NCBI GenBank assembly: GCA_963708025.1
Contig: CAVPSB010000007.1
Span: 32,001 to 96,000 of the forward strand
Source: an uncultured Candidatus Rokubacteria bacterium
GTDB taxonomy: Bacteria; Methylomirabilota; Methylomirabilia; Rokubacteriales; DASRDR01
Length of the DNA: 64,000 bases
Direction of reading: 5' to 3'
The translations under genes and the position numbers were made by a program. The notes below the pieces were generated by a model, which was not told the origin of the DNA, searched no databases, and saw nothing but the letters and a program-made list of their open reading frames with translations. This document shows positions 31,313 through 41,377 of the stretch, in pieces. Positions within the stretch are counted from its first letter, which is position 1, and every line of letters begins with the position of its first letter.

Positions 31313-31387
31313 TGAAGGCTTCGGGCGGGCCGGCCCCTCTCCCGGGGGGGTGGGTCGGAGGTTCCGATCTGGGTACAATCTTGGATC

Positions 31388-32116
31388 ATGGCCAACACGG
31401 CGGGCATCGTCCTCATCGGCAACGAGCTACTCTCCGGGAAGGTGGTGGACGCCAACGCCGCCTACCTCTGCCGCCAGTTCCGTGAGCTGGGCGTGGAGGT
31501 CCGGAAGGTCTCGGTCATCCCCGACGAGGTCGATCTGATCGCGCGGGAGGTCCGCGAGTTCCGCGCCGCCTACACCTGGGTCTTCACGTCGGGCGGCGTG
31601 GGCCCGACCCACGATGACGTGACGATCGAGGGCATTGCCCGTGCCGTCGGGGTCCGGGTCGTGCGCCACCCGGAGCTGGTGGGCCGACTGGAGGAGCTGT
31701 ACAAGGGCCGGCTCAATCCCGCCCGCCTGAAGATGGCCGAGATTCCCGACGGCGCCGAGCTGCTGGCGATGGACTCGCTCATCGTGCCCGTCCTGGCGAT
31801 CGGGAACGTCTTCGTCTTCCCCGGCGTGCCTGAGATCTTCCGGCAGAAGTTCGAGGCCATCAAGGAGCGCTTCCGCGAGCGGCCATTCTTGCTGCGGAGC
31901 GTCTACGTTCGGATCGGCGAGGGCAGTCTCGCCGAGCACCTGAACGCGATGCTGCAGGCGTTCCCCGACCTGCTCTGCGGGTCCTACCCGGAGTTCTCAA
32001 ACCCGGACTACCGGGTGCGCGTGACCCTGGAGTCCAAGGAGCCGGACTACCTGGAGCGGGCCCTCCGCCACCTCCTGGACCGGCTCCCGCTCGACGCCGT
32101 GGTGCGGATCGACTGA
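31388..32116 (+). CDS. CinA N-terminal-like (molybdopterin-binding fold) protein
   Basis: IGNELLSGKVVDAN, TSGGVGPTHDDVT, FPGVP, GSYP. Confidence 0.87.
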   Translation: MANTAGIVLIGNELLSGKVVDANAAYLCRQFRELGVEVRKVSVIPDEVDLIAREVREFRAAYTWVFTSGGVGPTHDDVTIEGIARAVGVRVVRHPELVGRLEELYKGRLNPARLKMAEIPDGAELLAMDSLIVPVLAIGNVFVFPGVPEIFRQKFEAIKERFRERPFLLRSVYVRIGEGSLAEHLNAMLQAFPDLLCGSYPEFSNPDYRVRVTLESKEPDYLERALRHLLDRLPLDAVVRID

Positions 32117-32259
32117 GAGGGGAAGGAATGGGTCGTCCGACTCCCCCCTCCCCCCGGTGGCCGCCGGAGGGTGGGACGTCGCGAGGGCCGCAGGCCCGAG
32201 CCGTCCCGGCGATCCGGTCAAACGGAGGGGGGCTGGGGGGTGGGCGGGAGGTCCCGAAC
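32117..32259 (+). repeat. Family B repeat, copy B5, with ~70-bp internal insertion
   Basis: B arms intact; TGA on both sides (32114 and 32260). Confidence 0.85.
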
Positions 32260-32262
32260 TGA

Positions 32263-32472
32263 CCTACCTGCCGGGGACTGGCCTGGCGCGGCCCAGCCGT
32301 GAAGCCGCATGCCGTTCTCAGCCGTCACCCGCACATCCTCGAACGCGAGGCCGTACTCTCGAGGGGTTGCCTCCAGCCGACGTGTGGGGTAGTAGATAAG
32401 GGACCGCTCGATGCCGCTGCCACAGCCGGTGAGGAGGGCGAGGGCGGTGACGAGCGTGGTTCGCACGCGCAC
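32263..32472 (-). pseudogene. N-terminal fragment of a lipoprotein alpha/beta hydrolase
   Basis: LLTGC lipobox; IERSLIYYP...GLAFEDVRVTAENGMRLHGW, then runs into repeat B5; no catalytic core. Confidence 0.7.
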
Positions 32473-32541
32473 CTTCTAATTCGTCGCGGGGGCCTGCGCC
32501 CAACCCCGAGCGCGGCGTCGCACCGGCAGGAGGCGAACTCG

Positions 32542-32934
32542 ATGCTGCGAGCGGAGAAAGCCACGCTGGTCCTGGTCCTCATCGTGACGATAGCGGTCGT
32601 GCCGGGCGCCGCTTCGGCTCTCTGCGCGGTAGAGGGCAAGCTCGAGCTGGTACGCCTCAACCTCGACGAAGCGGTGGCGTTCGTCGTCCACGTGAGGCAG
32701 CCGCGGAGCGTCGCCTCCAATGCCTTCCAGGTCGAGCGGCCCGCCCTGGGCGCGCTGGGCGACATCCCGGTGGTCATCCAGCTCCTGAATCTGGCCAGTC
32801 CTGCCAGCGCGACCGTCCTGGCCGTGGGTGATCTGGCCAGCTGCCCCGATGCGGTGGAATTGGAGCGGGCGCGGACCGAGAATCGCGCCGCGTACTCCGG
32901 CCGCCTTCTCCGCGTCTTCGTCAAGTACCCATGA
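32542..32934 (+). CDS. Secreted hypothetical protein
   Basis: AGGAGG RBS; signal peptide ending ASA; two Cys. Confidence 0.65.
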   Translation: MLRAEKATLVLVLIVTIAVVPGAASALCAVEGKLELVRLNLDEAVAFVVHVRQPRSVASNAFQVERPALGALGDIPVVIQLLNLASPASATVLAVGDLASCPDAVELERARTENRAAYSGRLLRVFVKYP

Positions 32935-32949
32935 GTCTCGCCGATGTCC

Positions 32950-32979
32950 TTGACACTCGTCGATAATCGCGCATAAAGT
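32950..32979 (+). promoter_or_regulatory. Sigma70-type promoter of the TPR/CsgG/kinase cluster
   Basis: TTGACA-18 nt-TAAAGT in a locally AT-rich patch. Confidence 0.5.
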
Positions 32980-33015
32980 ATCTTCTCTAAAGGAAAAGCC
33001 GGGAGGGCGGTCTGC

Positions 33016-34784
33016 GTGGTTTCGTTTTCGGGATCCTGGACGGTGGAGGGCCGGCCGGGCGCGTCCGACCCCCCGCCAGTCCCCCGATGGCGTAGAGCCG
33101 TCTGGGGTGTCCTCTTCCTCGGGTCGCTCGTCGTTTGCTTGCCGCCGGCGATGGCCGGCCCGCTCACTCGGGCCGAGATCCTGAAGCTCGTGAGAAGGAA
33201 CGTCCAGGAGGTACGGCTCCTCGCGGTGGTGCGCGAGCTGGGGATCGACTTCAAGATCACGCCCGAGGTCGCGGACGAACTGCGAACCGCCGGCGCCAGT
33301 CCCTCACTCCTCTCGGGGCTCAAGGTGCTGGCCCCCAGGGATGAGCCGGCAGCGGGGCCTTCGCCAGCACCGGACGTGGCCAGGGCACCCGCCCCGGGGC
33401 CCCCGGCTGCACCGGTGCCGCCGCCGATGGCGCCGCCTCAGGCGATGCCCGACGTTGCGAAGGTGGCTCCTGCTCCCGATCCCCCCGCGCCGCTTGCGAC
33501 GGCTCCGTCACCGCCGACTCCCGTGCCGCCGGCCTCGCCACCTCCTGCCGCGCCAACGCCCCCAACGATCCCGGAGGTGACGAAAGTGGTGCCCGCGCCG
33601 GAGCCGCCCCCGGCGCCGCCAGCGAGCGCTCCGCCGCCTGTGGCGCCCGCACCCCCGGCGATGCCCGAGGTGGCGAAAGTGGTACCCGCGCCGGAGCCGG
33701 AGGTGGCGAAGGTGGCGCCCACGCCGGAAGGCCCCGCGCCGCGCGGCGCCGTGGTGCCGCCGAGCGCCGTCGATTCATCTCCGGTCGGCGCCGACGCTCC
33801 GCCGGCGCCGGTCCTGCCGCGCGCCGCCATCGATGCGATGGTGGCGCTCATCCCGGGCCCGCCGCCCCCGCCACCTCCCCCTGTGATCGCGCCACCGAGC
33901 GGGATGTCGACCCTCGTCGAGCCCCGGGCCACGCCACCGCCCGCGGTCGCGCCGCCGCCCGCGCCGCCGGCCACGGTGACGCCGGCCCCCGTGGTCGCGC
34001 CACCGCTCGCGGCCGCCCGGCGCCGGCGCCGCCGCCGCCCGCGCCGCCGGCCGCGGTGACGCCGGCCCCCGTGGTCGCGCCACCGCTCGCGGTCACGCCG
34101 GCCCCCGTGGCGCCGCCGCCGCCCGCGCCGCCGGCCGCGGTGACGCCGGCCCCCATGGTCGCGCCGCCGCCCGCGCCGCCGGCCACGGTGACGCCGGCCC
34201 CCGTGGTCGCGCCACCGGCCGCGCCGCCGCCCGCGGTGGCTCTGGTCCCCGCTCCGGCGGTCCCCGCGCCGCCGCGACCGCCCCAGTCTGCCCCCGAGCT
34301 GCCCGGCAAGTGGGAGCAGGTGCGCCCGCTCCTCGAGAAGGCGCAGACCCTGGCGGCGGAGGGCGACGTCCGCGGCGCCCAGATGATGGTCGTCAAGGCG
34401 ATGGAGATCGACCCTGTCGAGCCGCTGGTGTGGCGAGCCTTCAAGGACATCGAGCAGGACCTGCTCGTCCGCGCCGAGACCTTCCTGGCGGACGGCCAGC
34501 TCCCGCGGGCGCTCCGGGAGTTCCAGTTCATCATCACGACCAACCCGGAGTCGGCCCTCGGACACAACGGTGTCGGCCTGGCCTTGCTCCAGCTCAGGAA
34601 CTACGACGAGGCGGTGGCCGCGTTCGAGCGGGCCCTGATCCTCGAGCCGGGGAACGCCCGCTACCGGGCGGCGCTGACCCGCGCCCGCAGCCTGCAGAAG
34701 GCGTCGAAGGCGCTCGAGCGCCAGGGGCAGCAGAACTTGAAGGAGATGATCGAGGACCAACCCGGGAAGAAGAAAGGACCGTGA
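33016..34784 (+). CDS. Secreted protein: small helical N-domain, long Pro/Ala-rich linker, C-terminal TPRs (frameshift near 34020)
   Basis: Signal peptide; PEVAKV and VTPAPVVAPP repeats continue across the frame change; TPR-like GHNGVGLALLQLRNYDEAVAAFERAL. Confidence 0.75.
33940..34240 (+). repeat. Intragenic tandem repeats (GTGACGCCGGCCCCCGTGGTCGCGCC...) encoding VTPAPVVAPPPAPPA
   Basis: About five imperfect units directly visible. Confidence 0.85.
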
Positions 34785-36775
34785 TGGCACCCAGGTGGCG
34801 CGCGCGAGTTCGGATGGGGCTGGTGGCGGGGGTCGCGCTCGCGCTGGCCGCCTGCGCGACCGGCAAGGGCGACTTCGACCTCGGGCAGACGCTGTCCGGA
34901 CAGCAGAAGTGGGACGAGGCCATCCGCGCCTACGAGCAGGCGCTCCAGAAGGAGCCGGCCAATCCCCAGTACCGGGCAGGGCTGGCCCAGGCGCGGGCCG
35001 GCGCGGCGCAGGAGCAGCTCCGGAGCGCCACCTCGATCGCGGGTCAGATGGCCCAGATCGCCGACGTGGACCGGGCGCTGCAGGTGGTCGAGCGCGCCCT
35101 CCGCTACGATCCGCAGCACGCCCCCTCGCTCGCCTTCCAGGCGCGGCTCAAGGAGCGGCGCGCTGCTCTCGGGCAGGAGGTGGAGCGGCTCCTCAGGGAG
35201 GCGGCCGCTCTCGCCCAGCGGGAGGAGTGGGCACAGTCGGAGCAGGCGGCGGTGCGGGTGCTGGCCATCGATCCCGGCAATAGCGCGGCCACGCGGCTGC
35301 GCCAGGAGGCCGTCCGGGGCGCCGTCGAGAAGAGTCTGCGGCTGGCCGGCCAGGCCGAGGCGGCCGAGGAATGGCGGGAGGCCGCGCGCTTCCTCGAAGA
35401 GGCCCTGGGCCGCGATCCGAACAACGAGGCCATCCAGGCGCGGCTCCGCGCTGCCCAGCAGAAGGACAGCCTCGCCTACTACCTCGGGCGGAGCGGTCAG
35501 ATCGAGGCGGAGGGCCAGCTCGAGAAGGCGTTCAACCTGCTCCGGCTGGCGGCCCGCTACTTCCCGGGTGACGCGCGGGTCGGGGGGGCGATGGACCGGA
35601 TCGCTCGCGACGGTCGCCGCCGCTACTACGCGGAGGCGTTGCGCCGCGCGGACAGCGACGACTGGGGGAAGGTCTACGCCGCGCTCAGCCAGGCGGTGAC
35701 CGGGTTCGGTCCGGCCACGGCCCTGGACCCGGCGCTCCGGACCCAGGTCCGCGACTTGGCCGCCAAGCTGTACGACCGGGCCCTCGAGTTCGAGAATCAG
35801 AAGCTCTGGGGAAACACCTGGCTCTGGCTGCGAGCCCTGCAGCAGGTCAACCCCTCGTATCGCGACACCGCGAACAAGGTCGAGCAGACGCGCGAGAAGC
35901 TCCTGGACCGGGCCTCGCTGAAGATCGCGGTGCTCGAGCTGGAGGCGCCCCGGGCCTCACCGGACGCCGGCTCCATCGTCTCCGGCAGCATCGTCACCAA
36001 CCTGTTCAAGCTCGGGCGCAAGGACTTCCGGGTCATCGAGCGCGAGGCGCTCCAGTCGATCATCAAGGAGATCTCGATCGGCCAGGCCGGCGTGCTGGAC
36101 GTCGAGACCGCGAAGGAGATCGGCAAGATCGCCGGCATCGACACGATCCTGGTCGGCCGCGTGCTCCAGTACAAGGTGGACCAGAACGAGGCCGAGGGGC
36201 GGAAGACGGTGACCGTGCAGGTCGGGAGCCGGACCGTGCCCAACCCCGCCTACGAGATGCACCTGATCGAGGTCCGCGAGGGCCGCCGGAAGTCGTCCGA
36301 TCCGGCGCCGCCCCAGACCGTCCAGGAGCCGGTGCACCAGCTCTTCAGCTACCGAGTGGGGACCGTCACCGCGATCGGCTACGTGAGCGTCTCGTTCCGG
36401 CTGGTCGGCGTCGAGCGAGGCGAGATCCTGCTGGCCGAGAAGATCGACGAGCAGGAGACGTTTCGGCAGGACTTCTCGGAAGGGGTCGAGGCGGCGGGGA
36501 TCCAGGCGGTCTCCAAGAACGCGCCGATCCCGACCGAGGTGCTGAACCGCGTCAGCGAGAAGGTCGTCGGCAAGATCGTGCTGCTCATCGCCAAGCACTA
36601 CGGGAGCCGGCAGCAGTACTATCTGGAGGCGGGCCGGGAGCTCCAGCGCCGGCGGCAGTTCACCCGGGCCATCGAGGAGTACATGAACAGCACGGCCAGC
36701 GCCGACCTCGAGAAGACCGGCGAGGAGTACGCGGTCCAGGCGCGGGCCCACATCGAGGAGCTGATGCGCCAGTAG
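34784..36775 (+). CDS. Lipoprotein with multiple TPRs and a C-terminal CsgG/HfaB-like domain
   Basis: LAAC lipobox; TPR helices; KIAVLE...FRVIEREALQSIIKE...TAKEIGKIAGIDTILVGRV...FRLVGVERGEIL. Confidence 0.75.
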   Translation: MAPRWRARVRMGLVAGVALALAACATGKGDFDLGQTLSGQQKWDEAIRAYEQALQKEPANPQYRAGLAQARAGAAQEQLRSATSIAGQMAQIADVDRALQVVERALRYDPQHAPSLAFQARLKERRAALGQEVERLLREAAALAQREEWAQSEQAAVRVLAIDPGNSAATRLRQEAVRGAVEKSLRLAGQAEAAEEWREAARFLEEALGRDPNNEAIQARLRAAQQKDSLAYYLGRSGQIEAEGQLEKAFNLLRLAARYFPGDARVGGAMDRIARDGRRRYYAEALRRADSDDWGKVYAALSQAVTGFGPATALDPALRTQVRDLAAKLYDRALEFENQKLWGNTWLWLRALQQVNPSYRDTANKVEQTREKLLDRASLKIAVLELEAPRASPDAGSIVSGSIVTNLFKLGRKDFRVIEREALQSIIKEISIGQAGVLDVETAKEIGKIAGIDTILVGRVLQYKVDQNEAEGRKTVTVQVGSRTVPNPAYEMHLIEVREGRRKSSDPAPPQTVQEPVHQLFSYRVGTVTAIGYVSVSFRLVGVERGEILLAEKIDEQETFRQDFSEGVEAAGIQAVSKNAPIPTEVLNRVSEKVVGKIVLLIAKHYGSRQQYYLEAGRELQRRRQFTRAIEEYMNSTASADLEKTGEEYAVQARAHIEELMRQ

Positions 36776-36837
36776 CGGTTCGCGCCGGTTCCCTGGGCGC
36801 TCTCCTCGGGACTGGCGATCGACCCCACACCCCGGCT

Positions 36838-38832
36838 ATGGCGAACCCGCAACCGGAACGGATCGGGAAATACCGCGTGGTCGAATCGATCGGCCGCGGC
36901 GGGATGGGAAGCGTCTACAAGGCGCACGATCCCTTCCTCGACCGGATGGTGGCCATCAAGGTGATGACGGAGGGCGCCGAGGTCGGCACCGAGGCCCACG
37001 AGCGCTTCCTGCGGGAGGCGCAGTCGGCCGCCCGGCTGAACCACCCGAACATCATCACGGTCTACGAGCTGGGCCAGGACCAAGGTCAGGTCTTCATCGC
37101 GATGGAGCTCCTCGAGGGGGAGCCGCTCTCGCGCCTCATCGGCTGCGTGCCCCCGCTGCCGCTGCCCCGCAAGGTCGCCATCATGGCCCAGATCTGCGAC
37201 GGCCTGGGCTTCGCCCACCAGCGCGGCGTCATCCACCGGGACATCAAGCCGGCCAACATCTTCGTCCTGAACAACGGCCCCGCGAAGATCCTCGACTTCG
37301 GCATCGCCCGCCTGTCCAGCTCCGAGCTGACCCGGACCGGGCTGCTCATGGGAACGCCGAACTACATGTCGCCCGAGCAGGCGAGCGGTCGGCGGAGCGA
37401 CGCCCGGTCCGACATCTTCTCGGTGGGTGTCGTCTTCTACGAGCTCCTCTCCGGCCGGAAGCCATTCGTCGGCGAGAACCACTTCGAGACCATGGAGAAG
37501 GTGCGCTCCGAGGAACCGGCGCCGCTGGGCGAGATCGTCCCGAGCCTGCCGCCGACGCTCGCCCGCGCCGTTCACCGAACGCTGGAGAAGGATCCGGCGG
37601 CGCGGTATCAGACGCTGGAGGAGCTGAGGGGCGACCTGCTGGCGATGCCGGACATGACCCCGCCGGCCGGCGGCCCCGAGGCGCTGCGCGATGCGGTGGA
37701 CCGGCGATTCGCCGAGGTCATGCGACTGCACCGCCTGCTCGTCGCCGCGCTCGGCTCGGCCGCCTTCGGCGAGGAAACCCTGCGCCTGGGTGACATCGGC
37801 GACCAGACCGGGGCCGGGCTCGAAACGATGCTCCGCGACCTGGAGGGACAGACGGACCGGCTGCGCGCCCTCGCCCGCACGGTGGAGCGGCTGGAGCCGA
37901 GCGTCGCGCGCGGCATCGCCGCCTACGAGCGCGGGGCGTTCGCGGATGCGGTGGCCGAGCTGGACGCGGTACTGCTCGAGGTCCCGCAGCACCAGCGCGC
38001 CCTCGATTACCGCGAGCGCGCGCGCCTCGAGGTGTTGCGCACGCCCACGCCGTGGGGGGTCGGGCTGGCGGGAGTCCCGCCCGAGACGCTTTCACCAGGC
38101 GACAGCGAGCGGGACGCCATGATCGCGCGCGAGTGGGAAGGGGGGACGGCGATCGCGACGCCGCCTGCGCTTCCGGTGAGGGCGGCACCGGTGACCCGGA
38201 TGCCCGCGCCCACGGCGGCGGACACCGACCTGACGCAGGCGATCTCCGGGAGGCGCGCCCGGCTCGTGCTGGCCGGCATCGCGCTGGCCGCGCTCGCGAC
38301 CGGCGGTGTGCTTCTCCTCCGCATGCCGGGTCAAACCCGGGCGACCCTTCCGGCGGTCGTCACGCCGACTGCTCCCGCCGTCGCGCCCGCGCGGGGTCCC
38401 GCGGTGTCGCCGGCGCCGGACCCGGCGGCGCCTCCGACCTCCGCTGCTCCGGCCCCTGCCAGGCCCACCCCCGCGCCGGCGCCCGGGTCGTCAGGGCCCG
38501 CGGTGAAGCCGGGCCCGGGGCCTTCGGCGGGAAAGCCGCCGGCGGTCTCCCCCGGACCCGGCGGCGGGAGCGCCCGGCGGCCGGGCACGCCGTCGGACAC
38601 GCCGCCCGCGCGGATTCCCGAGGCCAGCCCCCGGGCTAGCCTGACACCCGAGCAAACCAGGGTCGTCGAGGACGCGCTGACCCTGGCCCAGATGTTCCAG
38701 GCGCGGGGGGACGGCGAGCGCGCCCTGCGCGAATACCGCCGCGTTCTCGCCCTCGATCCGAGGCACGCCGAGGCCCGGCAGGGTGTCGCCGAGGTAGAGG
38801 CGTCGATGAAGAGCAATCAATCCCAGCGCTGA
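36838..38832 (+). CDS. Hanks-type Ser/Thr protein kinase with TM, Pro-rich linker and terminal TPR
   Basis: IGRGGMG, VAIK, HRDIKPAN, DFG, GTPNYMSPE; TM LVLAGIALAALATGGVLLL. Confidence 0.93.
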   Translation: MANPQPERIGKYRVVESIGRGGMGSVYKAHDPFLDRMVAIKVMTEGAEVGTEAHERFLREAQSAARLNHPNIITVYELGQDQGQVFIAMELLEGEPLSRLIGCVPPLPLPRKVAIMAQICDGLGFAHQRGVIHRDIKPANIFVLNNGPAKILDFGIARLSSSELTRTGLLMGTPNYMSPEQASGRRSDARSDIFSVGVVFYELLSGRKPFVGENHFETMEKVRSEEPAPLGEIVPSLPPTLARAVHRTLEKDPAARYQTLEELRGDLLAMPDMTPPAGGPEALRDAVDRRFAEVMRLHRLLVAALGSAAFGEETLRLGDIGDQTGAGLETMLRDLEGQTDRLRALARTVERLEPSVARGIAAYERGAFADAVAELDAVLLEVPQHQRALDYRERARLEVLRTPTPWGVGLAGVPPETLSPGDSERDAMIAREWEGGTAIATPPALPVRAAPVTRMPAPTAADTDLTQAISGRRARLVLAGIALAALATGGVLLLRMPGQTRATLPAVVTPTAPAVAPARGPAVSPAPDPAAPPTSAAPAPARPTPAPAPGSSGPAVKPGPGPSAGKPPAVSPGPGGGSARRPGTPSDTPPARIPEASPRASLTPEQTRVVEDALTLAQMFQARGDGERALREYRRVLALDPRHAEARQGVAEVEASMKSNQSQR

Positions 38833-38998
38833 CCTCGAGCCGTAGATCCACCTGAGCGGCCGCACGCGACGGCGGCTCTCGAGCAGATCCGCCGCCGGCG
38901 GCATTTCCCGGCGGGATTCACCACGCCCGCTCCAATGCGTGGCAGAAATGCGCGCCGCTCATGATATCGTTTGCTCACGCACCGATGGAGAGCAAACC

Positions 38999-40096
38999 AT
39001 GACACGATCCATCGTCCCCGTCGCCTTGCTCCTGGCCGGCCTCATCCTGAGCGCGTGCGCCGCGCCGGCCCCGCCACCGGCCCCGGCGCCCGCGGCGGCC
39101 CCGCCCACGCCAGTGACCAGGCCGCCGACGGCTCCGGACGCGGAGCGCTGGACCGGGCTCGTGGCCGCGCCCGTGACCGAGGCGCTCGCCGCCGCCGCCA
39201 ACCTGCCGCGGGTCGAGGGCGTCTACGTGCGACAGGTCGAGCCAGGCAGCCCCGGGGCCCGGGCGGGTGTCCGCGCGGGAGACGTCCTGCTCCTGGCGGG
39301 TGGGGTGTACCTCACGGCGCCCGAGGCGCTCCCCGGCGTTCTTGCCGGCGCCCCGCTGGGCTCGGCGGTCGAGCTGGCGATCCGTCGCGGCGGAGACTTG
39401 CTGACCGTCCGACTTCCGGTAGAGACCTCGCCGCCCGGACGGCTCATGGTCGTCATCCGGCCACCGCTCCCCGGGCTGCTCAACATCGCCGCCGATGGCG
39501 CGGCAATGTACGCGTACGGACCGGTGCCGGGTGGCGCGGATCGCGGGATCGTCCCGCTCCAGCTCCCCGGTGGTCCGCTCCCGGCGATCGGCTCACGCGC
39601 CGTCGCATCCCCGGGAGCCGAGCGCGTGATCGCGGTCGACGGGGAGCGCGTCTACCTCGGCTGGGCCGGTTCCGAGATCTACCTCGACTTCTACGAGATC
39701 CAGTCGGGCCGGGTTGGCCGGGTGCCGGTGCGGGGAGCCGAGAGCCTCGCGAACCGCTGCCGGCCGCAAGGCCTGGCGCGGATCGGCGCCGAGCTGTGGA
39801 TGGCCTGCCAGCGCCCCGAAGGCCCGGCCGTCGTGCGGGTCGACCTGGGCTCGGGGCAGGCGCGAGTCGAGCCGCTGCCCGCGACGTACGCGACCGGGCT
39901 CGCCTTCGACGGCGAGGCGGTGTTGTGGCTCTGTTGCCCGGCCGGGGGACAGCTCGCGCTCTCGCGGACGGACCTGGCCACCGGCGCGGCCAAGGTGTTC
40001 CCGCTGCCCGAGCGCGCCCTCAGCGTCGCGGCCGATAGGCGCGCCGTGTACCTGTTGACCCCGACAGGGATCTTTCAACACAAGCCCTGGCGCTGA
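38999..40096 (+). CDS. Lipoprotein with a PDZ domain and a beta-propeller-like C-terminus
   Basis: LSAC lipobox; GVYVRQVEPGSPGARAGVRAGDVL PDZ motif; GLAFDG-type strands. Confidence 0.75.
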   Translation: MTRSIVPVALLLAGLILSACAAPAPPPAPAPAAAPPTPVTRPPTAPDAERWTGLVAAPVTEALAAAANLPRVEGVYVRQVEPGSPGARAGVRAGDVLLLAGGVYLTAPEALPGVLAGAPLGSAVELAIRRGGDLLTVRLPVETSPPGRLMVVIRPPLPGLLNIAADGAAMYAYGPVPGGADRGIVPLQLPGGPLPAIGSRAVASPGAERVIAVDGERVYLGWAGSEIYLDFYEIQSGRVGRVPVRGAESLANRCRPQGLARIGAELWMACQRPEGPAVVRVDLGSGQARVEPLPATYATGLAFDGEAVLWLCCPAGGQLALSRTDLATGAAKVFPLPERALSVAADRRAVYLLTPTGIFQHKPWR

Positions 40097-40153
40097 CCGC
40101 GGCGCCAGGGTGGCAGCACCGCCGTGGCGCTAACGGGCGTGAGGAGTGTGAGG

Positions 40154-41326
40154 ATGAGACGGCTCAGTGTCTGGATGGGCCTCGCGGCGCTCGGCCTGGC
40201 GTCGCTCCTGGCGGCTCCGGCCGACGCCCGCACGGTGGAGGTCCATCTCGTCGTGAAGTCGGACATCCAGCGCCTCCATCCCAACGCCCCCCCCGACGAG
40301 CCGCTGGAGCCGACGCCGACGATCGCCGAGAAGGCGCGCGAGGTGATCAACGCTCACCCGGCGTTCCGCCAGGTCACCGTGCGGCTGGAAAAAAGCGAGA
40401 CCGCGCCGAATCCCAGGGTGCCGGCGGACTTCATCCGCCTGGTCGACAGTGGTGTGGACGACGTGGTCGAGGTCAGCCTGAATTATCACCTGAGGCTCGA
40501 CAGCTTTCACGCCAACGGGAAGGCCGGCGTCCAGGGCTACGTGGCGGTCTACAGCGTGCCCGGGCGACGCAAGGTCCTGTCGCGCACGTTCACCCTGGTG
40601 GTGTCGTACCCGGGCGAGGTGACCAAGGCCGCGGTGATCCAGGCCGAGCTGGCGGCCCGGGCGAGAGGAACGGCGGTCCCGATCGAGGAGGTGGAGCTCG
40701 GCCTCCTGGACGCGGCCGTGAAGGAGCGTATCGGCCGCGAGCTCGGCACCGCGCTCGGCGCCTACTATCCGGCATCCCTCCCGGTGCTCTCCAAGGAAGC
40801 GGTCCGCGAGAGTCTCCGCCGGATGGCGCTCTTCCTGGCGAACGCGCCCGACCGGCGCGACGACGCCATCCTGGCCCTGGGGAACTACCTTCAGCGCTAC
40901 CCCGACTCGCCCGATCGCGGCCAGCTCGAGCAACGGCTCGCCCGGCTCAAGCAGGCGGCTGGCCGCGGCCCTGGCCCGAAGGCGCAGGCCCAGTCGGATT
41001 GGGCCTCGATGGGCATCAGCAAGGCCGTCACCGCCAAGGAGCTGGCCGAGGCGTTCGAGCGCCTCGTCGGCGCCAAGGTCGAGCTGTGGTCGTTCAAGCT
41101 CGACTGGCGCGACGGCACCGTCGTGATGACGCCGACCGACAAGAACCAGGACTTCATCGTCGAGGGAACGCCCCCCACCATGCGGGAGCTCGAGGCCGAC
41201 CCGAACCCGATCTACATCCTGGTCGTCGGCCGGCGCGAGGATCCTCGCATGCCCCTGGTGGATGTGAAGATCCCGGTCGTGCGCTTCATCGGCTGCCCCA
41301 AGACCTCCTGTCCCCCGACCCAGTAG
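40154..41326 (+). CDS. Secreted hypothetical protein
   Basis: Signal peptide (ADA); TPR-like YLQRYPDSP; C-terminal CPKTSC. Confidence 0.7.
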   Translation: MRRLSVWMGLAALGLASLLAAPADARTVEVHLVVKSDIQRLHPNAPPDEPLEPTPTIAEKAREVINAHPAFRQVTVRLEKSETAPNPRVPADFIRLVDSGVDDVVEVSLNYHLRLDSFHANGKAGVQGYVAVYSVPGRRKVLSRTFTLVVSYPGEVTKAAVIQAELAARARGTAVPIEEVELGLLDAAVKERIGRELGTALGAYYPASLPVLSKEAVRESLRRMALFLANAPDRRDDAILALGNYLQRYPDSPDRGQLEQRLARLKQAAGRGPGPKAQAQSDWASMGISKAVTAKELAEAFERLVGAKVELWSFKLDWRDGTVVMTPTDKNQDFIVEGTPPTMRELEADPNPIYILVVGRREDPRMPLVDVKIPVVRFIGCPKTSCPPTQ

Positions 41327-41377
41327 GGAGTGTTCAGGGGGACCTCGGGAGGTCTTCCGAGCCCCCCCCGGAGGCTC
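41327..41377 (-). repeat. Partial family C repeat (C0)
   Basis: CGGGAGGTCTTCCGAG(C)CCCCCCGGAGGC nearly identical to 45661-45690. Confidence 0.65.

Noticed and set aside
31091-31315. Tandem repeats as a possible CRISPR array
   Set aside because: Only two ~90-130 bp units, no unique spacers, no cas genes
34784-36775. Curli biogenesis operon
   Set aside because: No csgA/B/E/F-like genes or curlin repeats nearby
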